Origin: Oopsacas minuta
Taxonomy: Eukaryota > Animalia > Porifera
Direction: 5' to 3'
NCBI GenBank assembly: GCA_024704765.1
Contig: JAKMXF010000297.1
Location: 62,001-126,000 of the forward strand
Length of the DNA: 64,000 nt
Part shown: in pieces, positions 32,625 to 43,796 of the stretch
Layout of the letters: each line of letters starts with the position of its first letter
How positions within the stretch are numbered: the stretch's first letter is position 1
The notes under the pieces: generated by a model
What the model saw: the letters and a program-made list of their open reading frames with translations, nothing else
The model's database searches: none
What the model was told of the DNA's origin: nothing
Position numbers and translations under genes: made by a program

Positions 32625-35600
32625 ATGGATATTTCTCTTGGTAAGTACAGCGAGATCCTCAATATTTATAGTTCAGTAATTGACTATGCTATTTGTCATG
32701 TAGATGACGTAATCAGTAGGAAACAACGAAATAGTAGGAATTCTTTTAACTCCGTTAGAGGTCGAGGGAGAGGAAGGGGGAGGGGCAGTATCAGAATTGG
32801 ACAAAAGGAATACAAAACGCTTACAATTAAAAAGGTATTTATATATTTTGTTAATAAATTGTATTCTTATTTTTCATTTTATATTCTACAGAGCAAACTA
32901 GGAGGTGTTGATTTATCATCAAGAGGAAAACTACGAAGTGATTCTATGAAGCCACTGGTAATAAGCAGCTCTACTCCCGGGAAACGATACTTTTCAAATG
33001 TAAGTTATCACTGATGATTGTTAATTTGTTATACGAGTCTTTGATACGTATACATCATCTGGGATTATTAAGAACATACTTTATAATTATAAGTAAATAA
33101 CAGTAAAATACAAACGAGTAATAGTTTTCATTATATATTCACAAATGATATCCTTTCCAACCTTCATATGCTATATTTCCTATAAATGTAAGTACCACAA
33201 TCGCTACTATTCCACATAACATAATGTATTTGAGTGCAGTTAAGAAATGAGACGAGTCTCTACCTCTGATTGCTATTAAATTTAGTTCATTATTATCTTC
33301 ATCCGATACATTATTCTTGTTACCGTATAACAACCCAACTAGTTCATCTGGGTATCTTCTAATTAACTCATTAGACCCTGTTATACCCTCTATTGACATC
33401 CATGTACATGATATCAATATAAAATACGTAATGTAGATATTAGAAATGTACACTGCTCCTGATTGCCATACTTCTTGCAAAAGATCTGCTCTTGTAAACA
33501 GATGAGTTATTAAAATACTACTCATACCAAGTAATGAGCTCAGTATATTTATCGATATAATAACTCTAAATTTATCTGAATATCTACAGACTCTATCAAC
33601 TATTTGAAAGTATCTCTGTTTAATCCATACAGCACTGGGTGAAACGATTAAATTCGTGAACGTTTCCACAGAATTGAGTCTGATCTCTGTCTGCAGTTTG
33701 ACGCATGCTACTCTATTCAGTAAGCAAATAATGACAGGTGACATATATCGCTGTGGAGAAATTATCGATGATAATCCTTGGTAAATATTTACAATATCGC
33801 AAATGATGATATCTTCTCTCTTACTTCTGATATAATGGTAGTTAACAAGTTGACGTATATTGTAATAGAACACTGCAACTATAACAACCACCAACAGTAG
33901 CATTAAAATACATTGCCATAGAGCTGTTAATATATTTGTACATTTGAAAGTTGTATTGAAATAATTTTTATGGCTACCCCTAACACTACTCCTTAGGAAC
34001 CGGTAATTCTCGAAATTGCGAATTATATTTCTGTTTTCCCGAGTGTTAACAATGAGTTTGTACGGAGTAAGATCGTTTGTTGCTGTATACGAATAGTAGA
34101 CTAGATATATGAGACAAGAGAGTGCTGTGATGTCATAACTAAGATCCCACAGGTATACACTTAGAAGAATATAATTCTGGGTGTAGTTAGATGTTGACTG
34201 GTTATTAGTTAATAAGACTTGACAATCTTGAATGCCAGACCATTTGAAGTGATACATTATCACGATAACAGTTTGTAGAATAATCTTTATCAGCATCAAT
34301 GAAATAGATAATATTTGGCAGATAATCTTGCTAACACAGCTTAAGTAATATACTACTTTGTTTTTTCTGGAAATACACGAAGTTACACAAGTAAATGTAA
34401 TCAAGTAGAATAAGTAAGCAAACGTTCTCATTGGGAAATCTGTAACGAAGTTGAAACCTTCTCTCTTCACTCCTCTATCCCGGATTGTTACTTCGTCCTC
34501 CTCCAGTACTTGATCTTCATCGCTTATAGAATGGGAGTGTGTTGACGCTAAACTCACTAACCTCGGATTAGAAGCTACAATGTTTTCTGCCATTCATTTA
34601 GTTTGGATGTATTCTACTGCTTAATTGTGCGGGGAACGAATGTATGTATATACGTATTACCTAATATTCTCCTATTTATTCTTACTAGTAATCTCACGAT
34701 CACGTTTCATTAGGGGATGAATATCATGGTATTTAACATTACTTCATCTAGCAGCAACAACTAGATTAACATTATGATGTGTATTATTAGTTCAAAGTTA
34801 ATAATATCAAAATGATTACAAAATGTATACTCTAGGATAATTCCTCTTTTCTATCAAACTCTACAAAGCCAAATAGCAGAGGATTTAAACGAAGATCTTT
34901 GCCTACTCAGTCTAGCCAAACTGGTATCGGAAACAGGTTGGGATCCTGGAAAGATGAAGAAAGTAACTCAACTCAAAGGAAACGTGAACTCGGGTTGAAT
35001 AGAAGGAATAGAGGATCTGTTGTTAGGCTAAATAAGTAATTACTCATATTTATACTTATTGATATATCAGATCAGCTGATACATAATCTATCTTTTAGTA
35101 CTATTCCCCGTGTGGGAAGTTCTGGTCGTGGATTTAAAGGTCTGGCCTCTAACAGTAATAGAGGTAAGGGGTATACTCGTGATTTCTTGAGATCTCCCTC
35201 TAAGAAGACAGAGCTGTTTAATGAACGTACAGAGATTAGCGAGCTATCTTACTCAAGGGGAAGGTTGTGTAATCTGAATGATCATATAGTTATAAATATT
35301 ATTGTTTTTGTAATTATAGAGGGTTCCGTAGCACAAGAGGAGGTCGTGTTGGTGGACGAGGCAGAGACAGCAGGAGTAGTTTCAATAAATCTTTTGAGTC
35401 TGAGCAAGATGAAACCAACATACAGGTGACTTTCCCTAATCCGAAGGCATCATCAAGCAGGTATTACATGCTAATAATACCTTATGGTGTTTTTTGTTAA
35501 TTATTATTTCTAAATTTAGGTCAACTCGTCACTCAGATTATGGACGTAGCAACAAAGAACCGTCATCTTCAAAACGTGTCTCTACCAGTGCTGTATCTGA

Positions 35601-37590
35601 TCCAGGAGAACATATTTTTATTTCAGTTCAAAATGAGAAAGCAAGGGTAACTCATCCACAATTTATTCCATCCCTGGTCCAATACTATTCTATCCTATCT
35701 GATCAATTAGCTTATTAACAGTTCTTGCTGTTTCTTAGATTCAAGGTTCTCTAAAGTGCATACTAATTTTTTGAAGATATCTTGTATAACTTTTTATTTC
35801 CTTTCTTCCCAAGAGTATTTCTACTTTCTCCAACCAGGATACCCTAATATATTTGATATCTTCACGGCTCTGTTCCCCTGTCTGCATCTTATGTGCTATG
35901 TTATTATGCTTGATACTAACGATTAGTCTCTCTATTGATTTCTGTGTAAACTAGTAACTAGTCTTGTATGTGTTTTCCTCACCATTGCTGAACTGAATGG
36001 AGCGGCTGGAGATTTGTTAAGTTTAATCCAATATCTGTGAACTTTAGATTGCTCATATCACAGCTTTTCCCATATCTAACTTTTGCTTATCTACAAAGAT
36101 GCACTGTTGACATATATTGTGGTTCTATTTGTGTATAATCAGATTTAAAAAGTTAACAATAATCAGAACCGAGATACCTAAGTATTTAATCTCTCCATAT
36201 TCTAAACTATGGAATTGTGAACCTATAACACCAATCAAAATCTAGAAACGATAAATTTTTATTGGAAACTGATGATTACCTTAACAAGCAAGCAAGCAAT
36301 CTATCTGATTATACAGTATGAGTAGATTATTTACCATTGATTATGAGAACTCTCCTCAGAATATCTTCATTCTTCTAATCCAACAATCTACATAGATCGT
36401 AGATACTAACTGATATTTTTGGTTCAATATCTCTATCATTCACTATTAAGAATATTCTATATTTAACATTCAACAACTGTAAACAGATGTCATGACAGCT
36501 CTCACTCTGATGGGATAATGTACCTCTGTATCTATATTGATACCTCAAACATTCAGAAATATATTAATACAAGAGCTTCATTCTCCTTAAAGTTTTCATT
36601 TATTTTAGAAATAATCCAGGAAGATCTTATTACAAATCTTATTTGTAATAACATTTTGTTTCACAGAAATGATTCATCAGAGTGGATTATGTCATTTCCG
36701 TTATGAAAACCAAAAATTAACTTTTGTTAACCTGCAATTATACGAGAAGATTCTGTCATATGTTTACAATTTTTAACTGAATTTATTCTCAATAGCAATT
36801 CAAGTTGTATGGATCAATCCAATTAGTTCTACTCTCCCTGTTAATCACAGAAAGAACAGGGTATTGTATCCATAGCAGGCTATGTTGTATCTCAAAAACT
36901 GTACTATACTATTTACTAAGAGCAGTCTCTCCTTTTGTTTGAAATACACATCACTACATTTATGCCCATGATTATCTGAGAAGGTTCTGATTCTACTAGT
37001 ACTCCATACTTCAAGGAATACCACCCTGAGAAATAACGTAATGTCTTTACCAGAAACTTTGAAAACGATGCATAGGTTTAGATTCGTTTCAATCAGTTTG
37101 TCTATATCTATTTGTTAGAAAGCATCGCCGTCTCTACTGCTGTCATATTTTGTATAGAATATTATGATATTACATTATACAAGGTCACGAGCCTTTGGCT
37201 CGTCGCTTCGCGATGAACTCGGCGCATTGCGCCTCGAGGTATCCAACGGCCAAACAACAATTGAGATTTAATAATATTGATGTTGTTTACGATATTCAGA
37301 CTCAGCATACTCGATTACCCCAGGAAGGTCGTTGAAAGTATGATTCTACATCAATTTTGGAATTTGTTTACTTTATATTCATAAAAACAACAACAAATTT
37401 ACATATGATTAATCCAAAAGTGTGAAATCGTATTCAGCATGTTCGACATATTTGGTGAAGTTTATTGAATTCTATTTACTTCCTTAATAAACACGATAAA
37501 TGCATAGTTATGTGGAAATTTCAAAAGTGCATACCATAAATCCTTTCCTTGACAACGGACAAACAAACAAGCAAACAAACAAACAAACAA

Positions 37591-37638
<48 letters not shown>

Positions 37639-40216
37639 CAATTGAGATTTAATAATATAGATTTAGTTTTCTATTTGAAGCACTTTAATTAATTATATGC
37701 AGACTTGGCCCACCACTAAATTCCGCTAATATATTTGTAACTCAAATGTATGAAAATTGAAACCAAACACGTACATCCATAATTTCAAAATATTATCACT
37801 TGGCCAGTAGGTAACGCCTGAATACCCCTCCGTATAGTTTGATTGGAGTAGTTTTATACTAATTTGCGCAAACCATATACATACATGTAATCATAGCGAT
37901 ATAACTTATATAGCGAACCTTCTATATTCTGAACACTCGCGATTTTCACTATATTTGGGAAAGTAGAATTGTGTTTGCTAATAGTGTTTCCACTGTAATT
38001 TCGGTTAACTTTCTTGTTTCATTTATACAAATAACTTAAAACTTAAATATCTTTCTGTTCGATTTCTCAAAGACAATGGAAGAGAGATTCTCGCAAAATT
38101 CATAAATAATCATTTTAATACTCCTGGGTGAAATATCAGGAGACATGTCAAATTATATAGAAGAATATTCAAAGACAGAGAATAGTTGTAAACTACAAAA
38201 ACAGATCATCTTATTGGAATATATTTACAATACTTTAATGAAAATGTGATATTCATCCTCAGGACAAGGACAAGGACTAATGCTTATATAGCATAGGAAA
38301 TATAGAGTAATCAGCATGACATACTATTATCACTTTAGCCATAATAATTGTGAATTTTTCTCTCTATCGCGAATTATCTTAGTCACAATCAAGGATCAAG
38401 TGCGCTCGAATATTGTGTATTTTGTATTCCAAACCAGGGCTTCATCTAGCCTCAGCCTATTCCCGCACTCTAGGTGCGTTTATTTTATTTTTCGCGGACT
38501 ATAGGCCTCTATTCACTCGCTGAGCACACTGAAGAAGGCCTGTGTTTCGCGTCTCCAATATTTTCTAAATATGATCCACCTCTGGGTAGCGTGCCGCGCA
38601 CCCAAATGAAGGTCAGAGAATAGTTCTCTCTGATCGAATTGACTATATTTGTGGAATAATTTATGATTATCAGAAACAGAAGTATTGCAAACAATGTGGA
38701 CGAGACACCCACATATTTATCCTGTATTTGACTTTCAATAACATGACCAAACTTAAGAAGTAGTATTAACTTCTTTGATTCTATGGTAGAACAATCTACT
38801 AATAACTATCCTATGATCGCCTTTGAATACACCTTGGTACTATACAATGCCCATTTAGTGGAGGAATTTGGCTGGCAGCCCTTCGACTCAAGTATACGCC
38901 CCTGATTCCCCTGATATACTCAACTATCAAATACTACTTTTAAACAATCCTTTTAATAGTTTGAGAAACCTCTCACCAACATGAAATCCTTATAAATATG
39001 TTCGCATAATTCAGTAATATCTGACTGATTCTCATGCACATGCAGACTAACTACACCAATAATTGTGTTTATACAGAAGTTGATAAATTCCAATAAACAT
39101 GGTGCTAGAACCGTTACCCTTGCCCGATATTTTTACTCTAATGTGCTTGCTTTATTATTCTAATTGCACCAGACGTGACCATTAAGAACTAGTTAAAATA
39201 CTACGGAGGGTTATCGAAGACGAATGTATTGCTACAAATTGCAATATTCTTCATAATGCATGTTGGTATATCGTGAATGTTTTGACTTTGGACTTTGGAG
39301 TACAATATCGTCCTAACTCACTAATTGATCTATAGTACTTGCTACAGTACATATGTCCACTGAATGAATTACATCTGCCTGATCTCCACATCTCAAACAA
39401 CAGATTCTAACTTTATTGGTTTTATCAAAATACACATATGATAGGTAAACTTAATTGTGCTACACTCGCACACTCGCACTCCAATCTATGAATTTGTAAG
39501 ATTATTAATAGACTCTAATTGAGGAGAGCTAATTGAAATCTCAATATTATTAAGTAATTCTCTGGTCACAAGAATCAACACCTTTTGCTCAAGTTACTAT
39601 CCATGTCCCATTATAAGGAAGCAATTATTATTACTGACATCTTATGTTATGCTCTACGTGGATAATTATATTATTTAATCCATCACAAACTCGCATTTGA
39701 CAACACATATGCTCTTACGTCATCTCTCTCGATATGAACTTCGACATTTCAACTTATCAATCAAATTTATGGCATCGCTATGAAACGTTATTCCACTTCA
39801 ATTCCTGGCAAAGAAACTACACTACCACACTGGTAACATTAATAATTTTACTGATTTTACCTATCTTATATTTACAGATTCTTCTGCGAATGTACGTTAA
39901 TACTCTTTTAAAATTCAGTTCTTATTTCCCAATAAAGAATTAAAATTATTTATAGGCTATTTGATATACGTATTTTATCATCCTATCATTCAATTAACTA
40001 TCACATATTCTGTCTTTTAGACTTATGTACCAGAGGGAGTAGAAATAGATCCTTCTTTCATCAGTCATAAGGTTAGGGTGTATAATGTATTTGGTAGTCA
40101 GCGTGAATTTTATCAAAATTATTTAATAGACTTCAACAAGCCTAAATGAGCGATTTTCTCAGAGCATCTCTTTCGAAGGAAAAGACAGGATTATCCAGAA
40201 GCACTCAATGAACTGA
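32625..40216 (+). CDS. FYTTD1: UAP56-interacting factor (UIF/FYTTD1)-like mRNA export adaptor; 9 exons: 32625..32640, 32704..32834, 32892..32999, 34869..35035, 35099..35263, 35320..35460, 35520..35646, 40021..40071, 40130..40216
   Basis: The spliced product starts MDISLDDVISRK (UAP56-binding motif), is RG-rich, and ends YVPEGVEIDPSFISHKTSTSLNERFS..., resembling the FYTTD1 C-terminal VPKGV...TLNERF. All eight GT-AG junctions are phase-compatible by manual translation. Confidence 0.78.
33139..34593 (-). CDS. Orphan ~7-TM membrane protein, gustatory-receptor-like (7TMIC) topology suspected; nested antisense in FYTTD1-like intron 3
   Basis: 484-aa intronless ORF with about seven hydrophobic segments, a charged N-terminus and no signal peptide. 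Existence as a CDS is well supported; the family call is tentative. Confidence 0.8.
   Translation of the reverse strand: MAENIVASNPRLVSLASTHSHSISDEDQVLEEDEVTIRDRGVKREGFNFVTDFPMRTFAYLFYLITFTCVTSCISRKNKVVYYLSCVSKIICQILSISLMLIKIILQTVIVIMYHFKWSGIQDCQVLLTNNQSTSNYTQNYILLSVYLWDLSYDITALSCLIYLVYYSYTATNDLTPYKLIVNTRENRNIIRNFENYRFLRSSVRGSHKNYFNTTFKCTNILTALWQCILMLLLVVVIVAVFYYNIRQLVNYHYIRSKREDIIICDIVNIYQGLSSIISPQRYMSPVIICLLNRVACVKLQTEIRLNSVETFTNLIVSPSAVWIKQRYFQIVDRVCRYSDKFRVIISINILSSLLGMSSILITHLFTRADLLQEVWQSGAVYISNIYITYFILISCTWMSIEGITGSNELIRRYPDELVGLLYGNKNNVSDEDNNELNLIAIRGRDSSHFLTALKYIMLCGIVAIVVLTFIGNIAYEGWKGYHL
35722..37130 (-). pseudogene. Possible decayed coding sequence inside FYTTD1-like intron 7
   Basis: Long stop-free, ATG-less stretches with protein-like composition (an ~87-codon frame DIDKLIETNL...CYGYNTLFFL and a ~55-codon frame QYRYRGTLS...YDLCRLLD) broken by stops and frameshifts. 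Family not recognised. Confidence 0.3.
37178..37661 (-). mobile_element. Non-autonomous HINE/DINE-1-like (Helentron-associated) element with (AAAC)n(AGAC)n microsatellite
   Basis: Microsatellite 37558..37636, terminus ...TAATAATATAGAT, hairpin ACGAGCC-TTT-GGCTCGT at 37187..37203, and duplicated ACAATTGAGATTTAATAATAT near 37257 and 37637. Confidence 0.6.
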
Positions 40217-40447
40217 ATACTCAGATAATATAAGCTACATCTGATACTCCCTAATTCATAAATACTAATTGACATTCTAGTTTATACTTGTTAGATACGT
40301 AAATACATAGACTACAACAATAAATTTTTCTTTTACTATTAAAATAAGGTTATTGCTGCTCCTTATTCACGAATTTCCAAAACTAAATTTATAAATCATA
40401 TATTACATTTGCAATTTGATATACCTAAGTAAGATAGTAGATCGGAA

Positions 40448-41476
40448 ATGCTGAGTGATCTGGAGGGTGAAAAAAAGAAATATACATTTTCATCAAAGAA
40501 AGCTCGCTCTATCGTTAAAGCCTATTTTGCATCTAAAATAATTGTGTATTATATTGTCCTCTTTGTGTACCTTCTCCTGGGGGGACTATTCTTCCATGTT
40601 CTAGAGGGTTCTGATGAACAGATACAGAGAGAAACTGCATTGGAGGAAATTGAACAGTTGAATTCTAATGTTAAAGTCTTTCTTAATTCGCTTAATATTT
40701 CAAATGAGACAGTTCCAATCAATAAACTAGAGTTATTAAGCTCATATATAGTCGAGTTAAGTGAGAATATCTCTGCTTTAAACTCTCAATACTCTCCTGT
40801 TATGAAATGGACATTTGGTCGTTCTATTTACTTCTCATTCATTGCCATTACAACTATCGGTTATGGAAAACTAGCCCCGAACACTCAACACGGTCAGATA
40901 TTTCTGTGTTTCTATGCACTTTTAGGTATCCCAATATTCCTATTGCTTGTTACTGAAACTTCTAAGAACTTTACTAATGCGTTTGATCTCTTAGTACTAA
41001 GCAGAGTTAAGAAAGAGAGATACAGATGGATTGCCATATTCTTAGCAATTGTATTTGGGTTAATAGCCATGATATTAATACCAGCTGCCATATATGGAGC
41101 TATAGAGAGCTGGCCTTATAGCACTTCACTGTATTTCTGTTTCGTATCTCTAACAACTATTGGGTTTGGAGATTTTGTTTTAGGAAGTAATCCTGATGCA
41201 CGATACAGTGATAACCGACACCTAGCAGATTTCTATGTTATTACTAGTATGCTATGGCTGTACTTAGGTCTCGTGTTTCTTGCTATTCTAATTAAGCAAG
41301 TTGGTATTGGGATAGTGAAACTAGACAAGCTTCTTAGTAGAATGATTGACAGAGTTATCTCTAAAAAGAAAGAAAAATTGAATGTAATTTTACAGAAAAT
41401 TCATGAAAAACATTCTCCAACAAAAGAACTTGAAGATCCAATAGAAGAACCCGAAGTGGCTACCAGCACTATGTAA
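40448..41476 (+). CDS. Two-pore-domain (K2P/KCNK) potassium channel
   Basis: Four TM helices with two pore loops, WTFGRSIYFSFIAITTIGYG and YFCFVSLTTIGFGD. Confidence 0.96.
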   Translation: MLSDLEGEKKKYTFSSKKARSIVKAYFASKIIVYYIVLFVYLLLGGLFFHVLEGSDEQIQRETALEEIEQLNSNVKVFLNSLNISNETVPINKLELLSSYIVELSENISALNSQYSPVMKWTFGRSIYFSFIAITTIGYGKLAPNTQHGQIFLCFYALLGIPIFLLLVTETSKNFTNAFDLLVLSRVKKERYRWIAIFLAIVFGLIAMILIPAAIYGAIESWPYSTSLYFCFVSLTTIGFGDFVLGSNPDARYSDNRHLADFYVITSMLWLYLGLVFLAILIKQVGIGIVKLDKLLSRMIDRVISKKKEKLNVILQKIHEKHSPTKELEDPIEEPEVATSTM

Positions 41477-42096
41477 AATATGAGTTTTAATATTAACGGT
41501 TTTAGGCTGCGAAAACCACCGAATCGTATTTATTTTTAATATTTGTAATCTACGTGCATTCTTAATGCATGTGTATATTTTAGCTAGGTAATTAATTCAA
41601 TATTGTTATTTTGTTGGGTGAATTTCTCATTTATGTAAATACAAACTGAAATATCTTTCCCTATACTACTACCATAGCATATGTGTAGACAAGAATTCCT
41701 CTTCCAGAATTGTTGTTATACTATGTGATAACGAAATTAATTGTACACCATGCTAGTTACACTCGATCATTAAATTTATATGCTAAGAATTCATACAATT
41801 CAGGCATTATTTCCTACGCGAGTATATGTCATAACATATGCCTCATCTAAAGATTAATATCGTGACTTATGAACTGTAATCTGTATTTAACATTTTAATA
41901 TTACTCTATGTAGCACAACTCGTGTGTGGTTGTGCAGTTTACCCGAGTCGGAAGTCTACAAACACTCCATGATGCCGTTAAATCATTAATAAATAATTAT
42001 ACAAATACGTTAATGTAGACATTAACTGAAGTAACTAATATATTTATATTCTAATTCAACTCTATTGACTGAAAAATATATTCTCAATACCTAACC

Positions 42097-43062
42097 ATGT
42101 CGAACGGAATTCATCGCCATACCTCCAATAAGCAATGCTCTTCTCCAAATAAAGTATCCTTAGAGGAGAAATCCAAGTCTCTGTATTCAAAAATGATCCC
42201 ATTTGATTTACAGCCAATCTGGCTTAAAGATAATGAATTCCTCCAAACTAACTATCGACCTATCAACAATTCATATTGGAAATGTATAAAAACTATGTTT
42301 CTGCTCCATACAGAAACATTCAACATATGGACACATTTACTTGGTTGTGTATTTGTGTGTTTATTGACTCTGTCTGCACTGTATATACACACATTCAAAC
42401 TGTCTGACGTTAAGATACAACTCAGCTCTCTGCCTACTATAGACAAGGCTATGTTCTCGTTATTTGCAATCAGTGCAGCGTCTTGCTTACTTGGCTCTAC
42501 AACTTTTCATATCTTCACTTGCCACTCGGAGTCCACAGCGAAATTTCTGAACAAAATCGATTATCTTGGAACAACCGTTTGCATAATCGGCTCTTCTCTC
42601 CCGTTGATATATTACGGATTCTTTTGTCATCCTTGGTTGATATTCATATATTGCACAGTATTTCTGGTAGGTGGGGGATTATGCTGTTACATATCTTTCT
42701 CTGACACATTTCGCAGACGTGACTACCGAAAAGTCCGCCCTACAATGTTCATCTTGTTAGGTTTAACTGGTATTATTCCCATATGTCATATAATATCCAT
42801 GAGAGGATTTACTGAGGTGTTTGATCGCTATGCTCTTCACTGGTTGTGTATGATGGCATTTTGCTATATATTCGGGGCATTCATCTACTCAATGAGAATA
42901 CCCGAGAGATTCTTCCCCGGTAAATTTGATATATTCGCCCACAGCCACCAAATATTCCACATGTTCGTAATCTTTGGTATTATTTCTCACTATGAATGCC
43001 TTACCAGCACAGTTTCATACTACTCTAATCATCAGTCGATATGTCAAGCTAATGTGTTCTGA
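42097..43062 (+). CDS. ADIPOR: Adiponectin receptor (PAQR family)
   Basis: WLKDNEFL, LHTETFNIWTHLLG, HIFTCHSE, KIDYLG, RIPERFFPGKFDIFAHSHQIFH; the Zn-binding histidines are present. Confidence 0.95.
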   Translation: MSNGIHRHTSNKQCSSPNKVSLEEKSKSLYSKMIPFDLQPIWLKDNEFLQTNYRPINNSYWKCIKTMFLLHTETFNIWTHLLGCVFVCLLTLSALYIHTFKLSDVKIQLSSLPTIDKAMFSLFAISAASCLLGSTTFHIFTCHSESTAKFLNKIDYLGTTVCIIGSSLPLIYYGFFCHPWLIFIYCTVFLVGGGLCCYISFSDTFRRRDYRKVRPTMFILLGLTGIIPICHIISMRGFTEVFDRYALHWLCMMAFCYIFGAFIYSMRIPERFFPGKFDIFAHSHQIFHMFVIFGIISHYECLTSTVSYYSNHQSICQANVF

Positions 43063-43796
43063 AGCACAGTCTAGCTCGCTTATATCGTCTACATTTTGTT
43101 GCAGTTTTATCGTGTATGTTTACTTTATTGAGATTATGTGCCTGTTCGTATTTATCGTTTTACTATGTATGGAGATTATGAAAATTATATATTATTATCT
43201 GTAATTACTTTTCACAAACGTAATTTTTACCCAAAAACATCGAATGAGTGCATCTGACATGTGGCCCCCATGGATTAATTTCGTGATGGACTTGCTTGTT
43301 TTAAGAATTCTTATTTCTACCTCTCTTTTTGTTTAACTATTCCCACCCATTGCCGCCAAGTTTTAGGAAACAAAGTCAGACCTGGTGGCGGGTCCACCAT
43401 GCGAAATTGCTACCAACTATGTAAATTTCACAAAAATACGGTCTCCAACAATAAACCTGGCGAGTCCACCGGTGCAGACTCCCCCAGGTACCCTAACTTG
43501 GTGCCTATGATCCCACCTTCATAGCTTGGCCTACTTGGGTACAGTTATCCACTTTTATCAGTGTTGTTTAATAATTATAACTTCAAGCTGCGTGATATTT
43601 ATAAGCGTTTCTTTTTGGACGCGTTCTTATTTTAGAAATTGGTTGGTCATATTCAATCTGAATCTTTACTTTATTATCCAACCATAAGAATCTATACACA
43701 ACTGAATAACCTTGGAAAATCTATGGAAGTGGTTGGTTTTTTAAACTATTATAAGTCAACCACTGTACCATTTGATATACACTCTAAATTATTGCT

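Noticed and set aside
36160-36200. EIKYLGI on the minus strand, resembling the LINE reverse transcriptase KYLG motif
   Set aside because: No upstream QG/SP or (Y/F)ADD motifs at plausible spacing; not enough to call a LINE.
38520-38560. CTGAAGA plus GTTTCG, considered as a Penelope-type hammerhead ribozyme
   Set aside because: The core motifs are on incompatible strands and no GAAA follows stem II.
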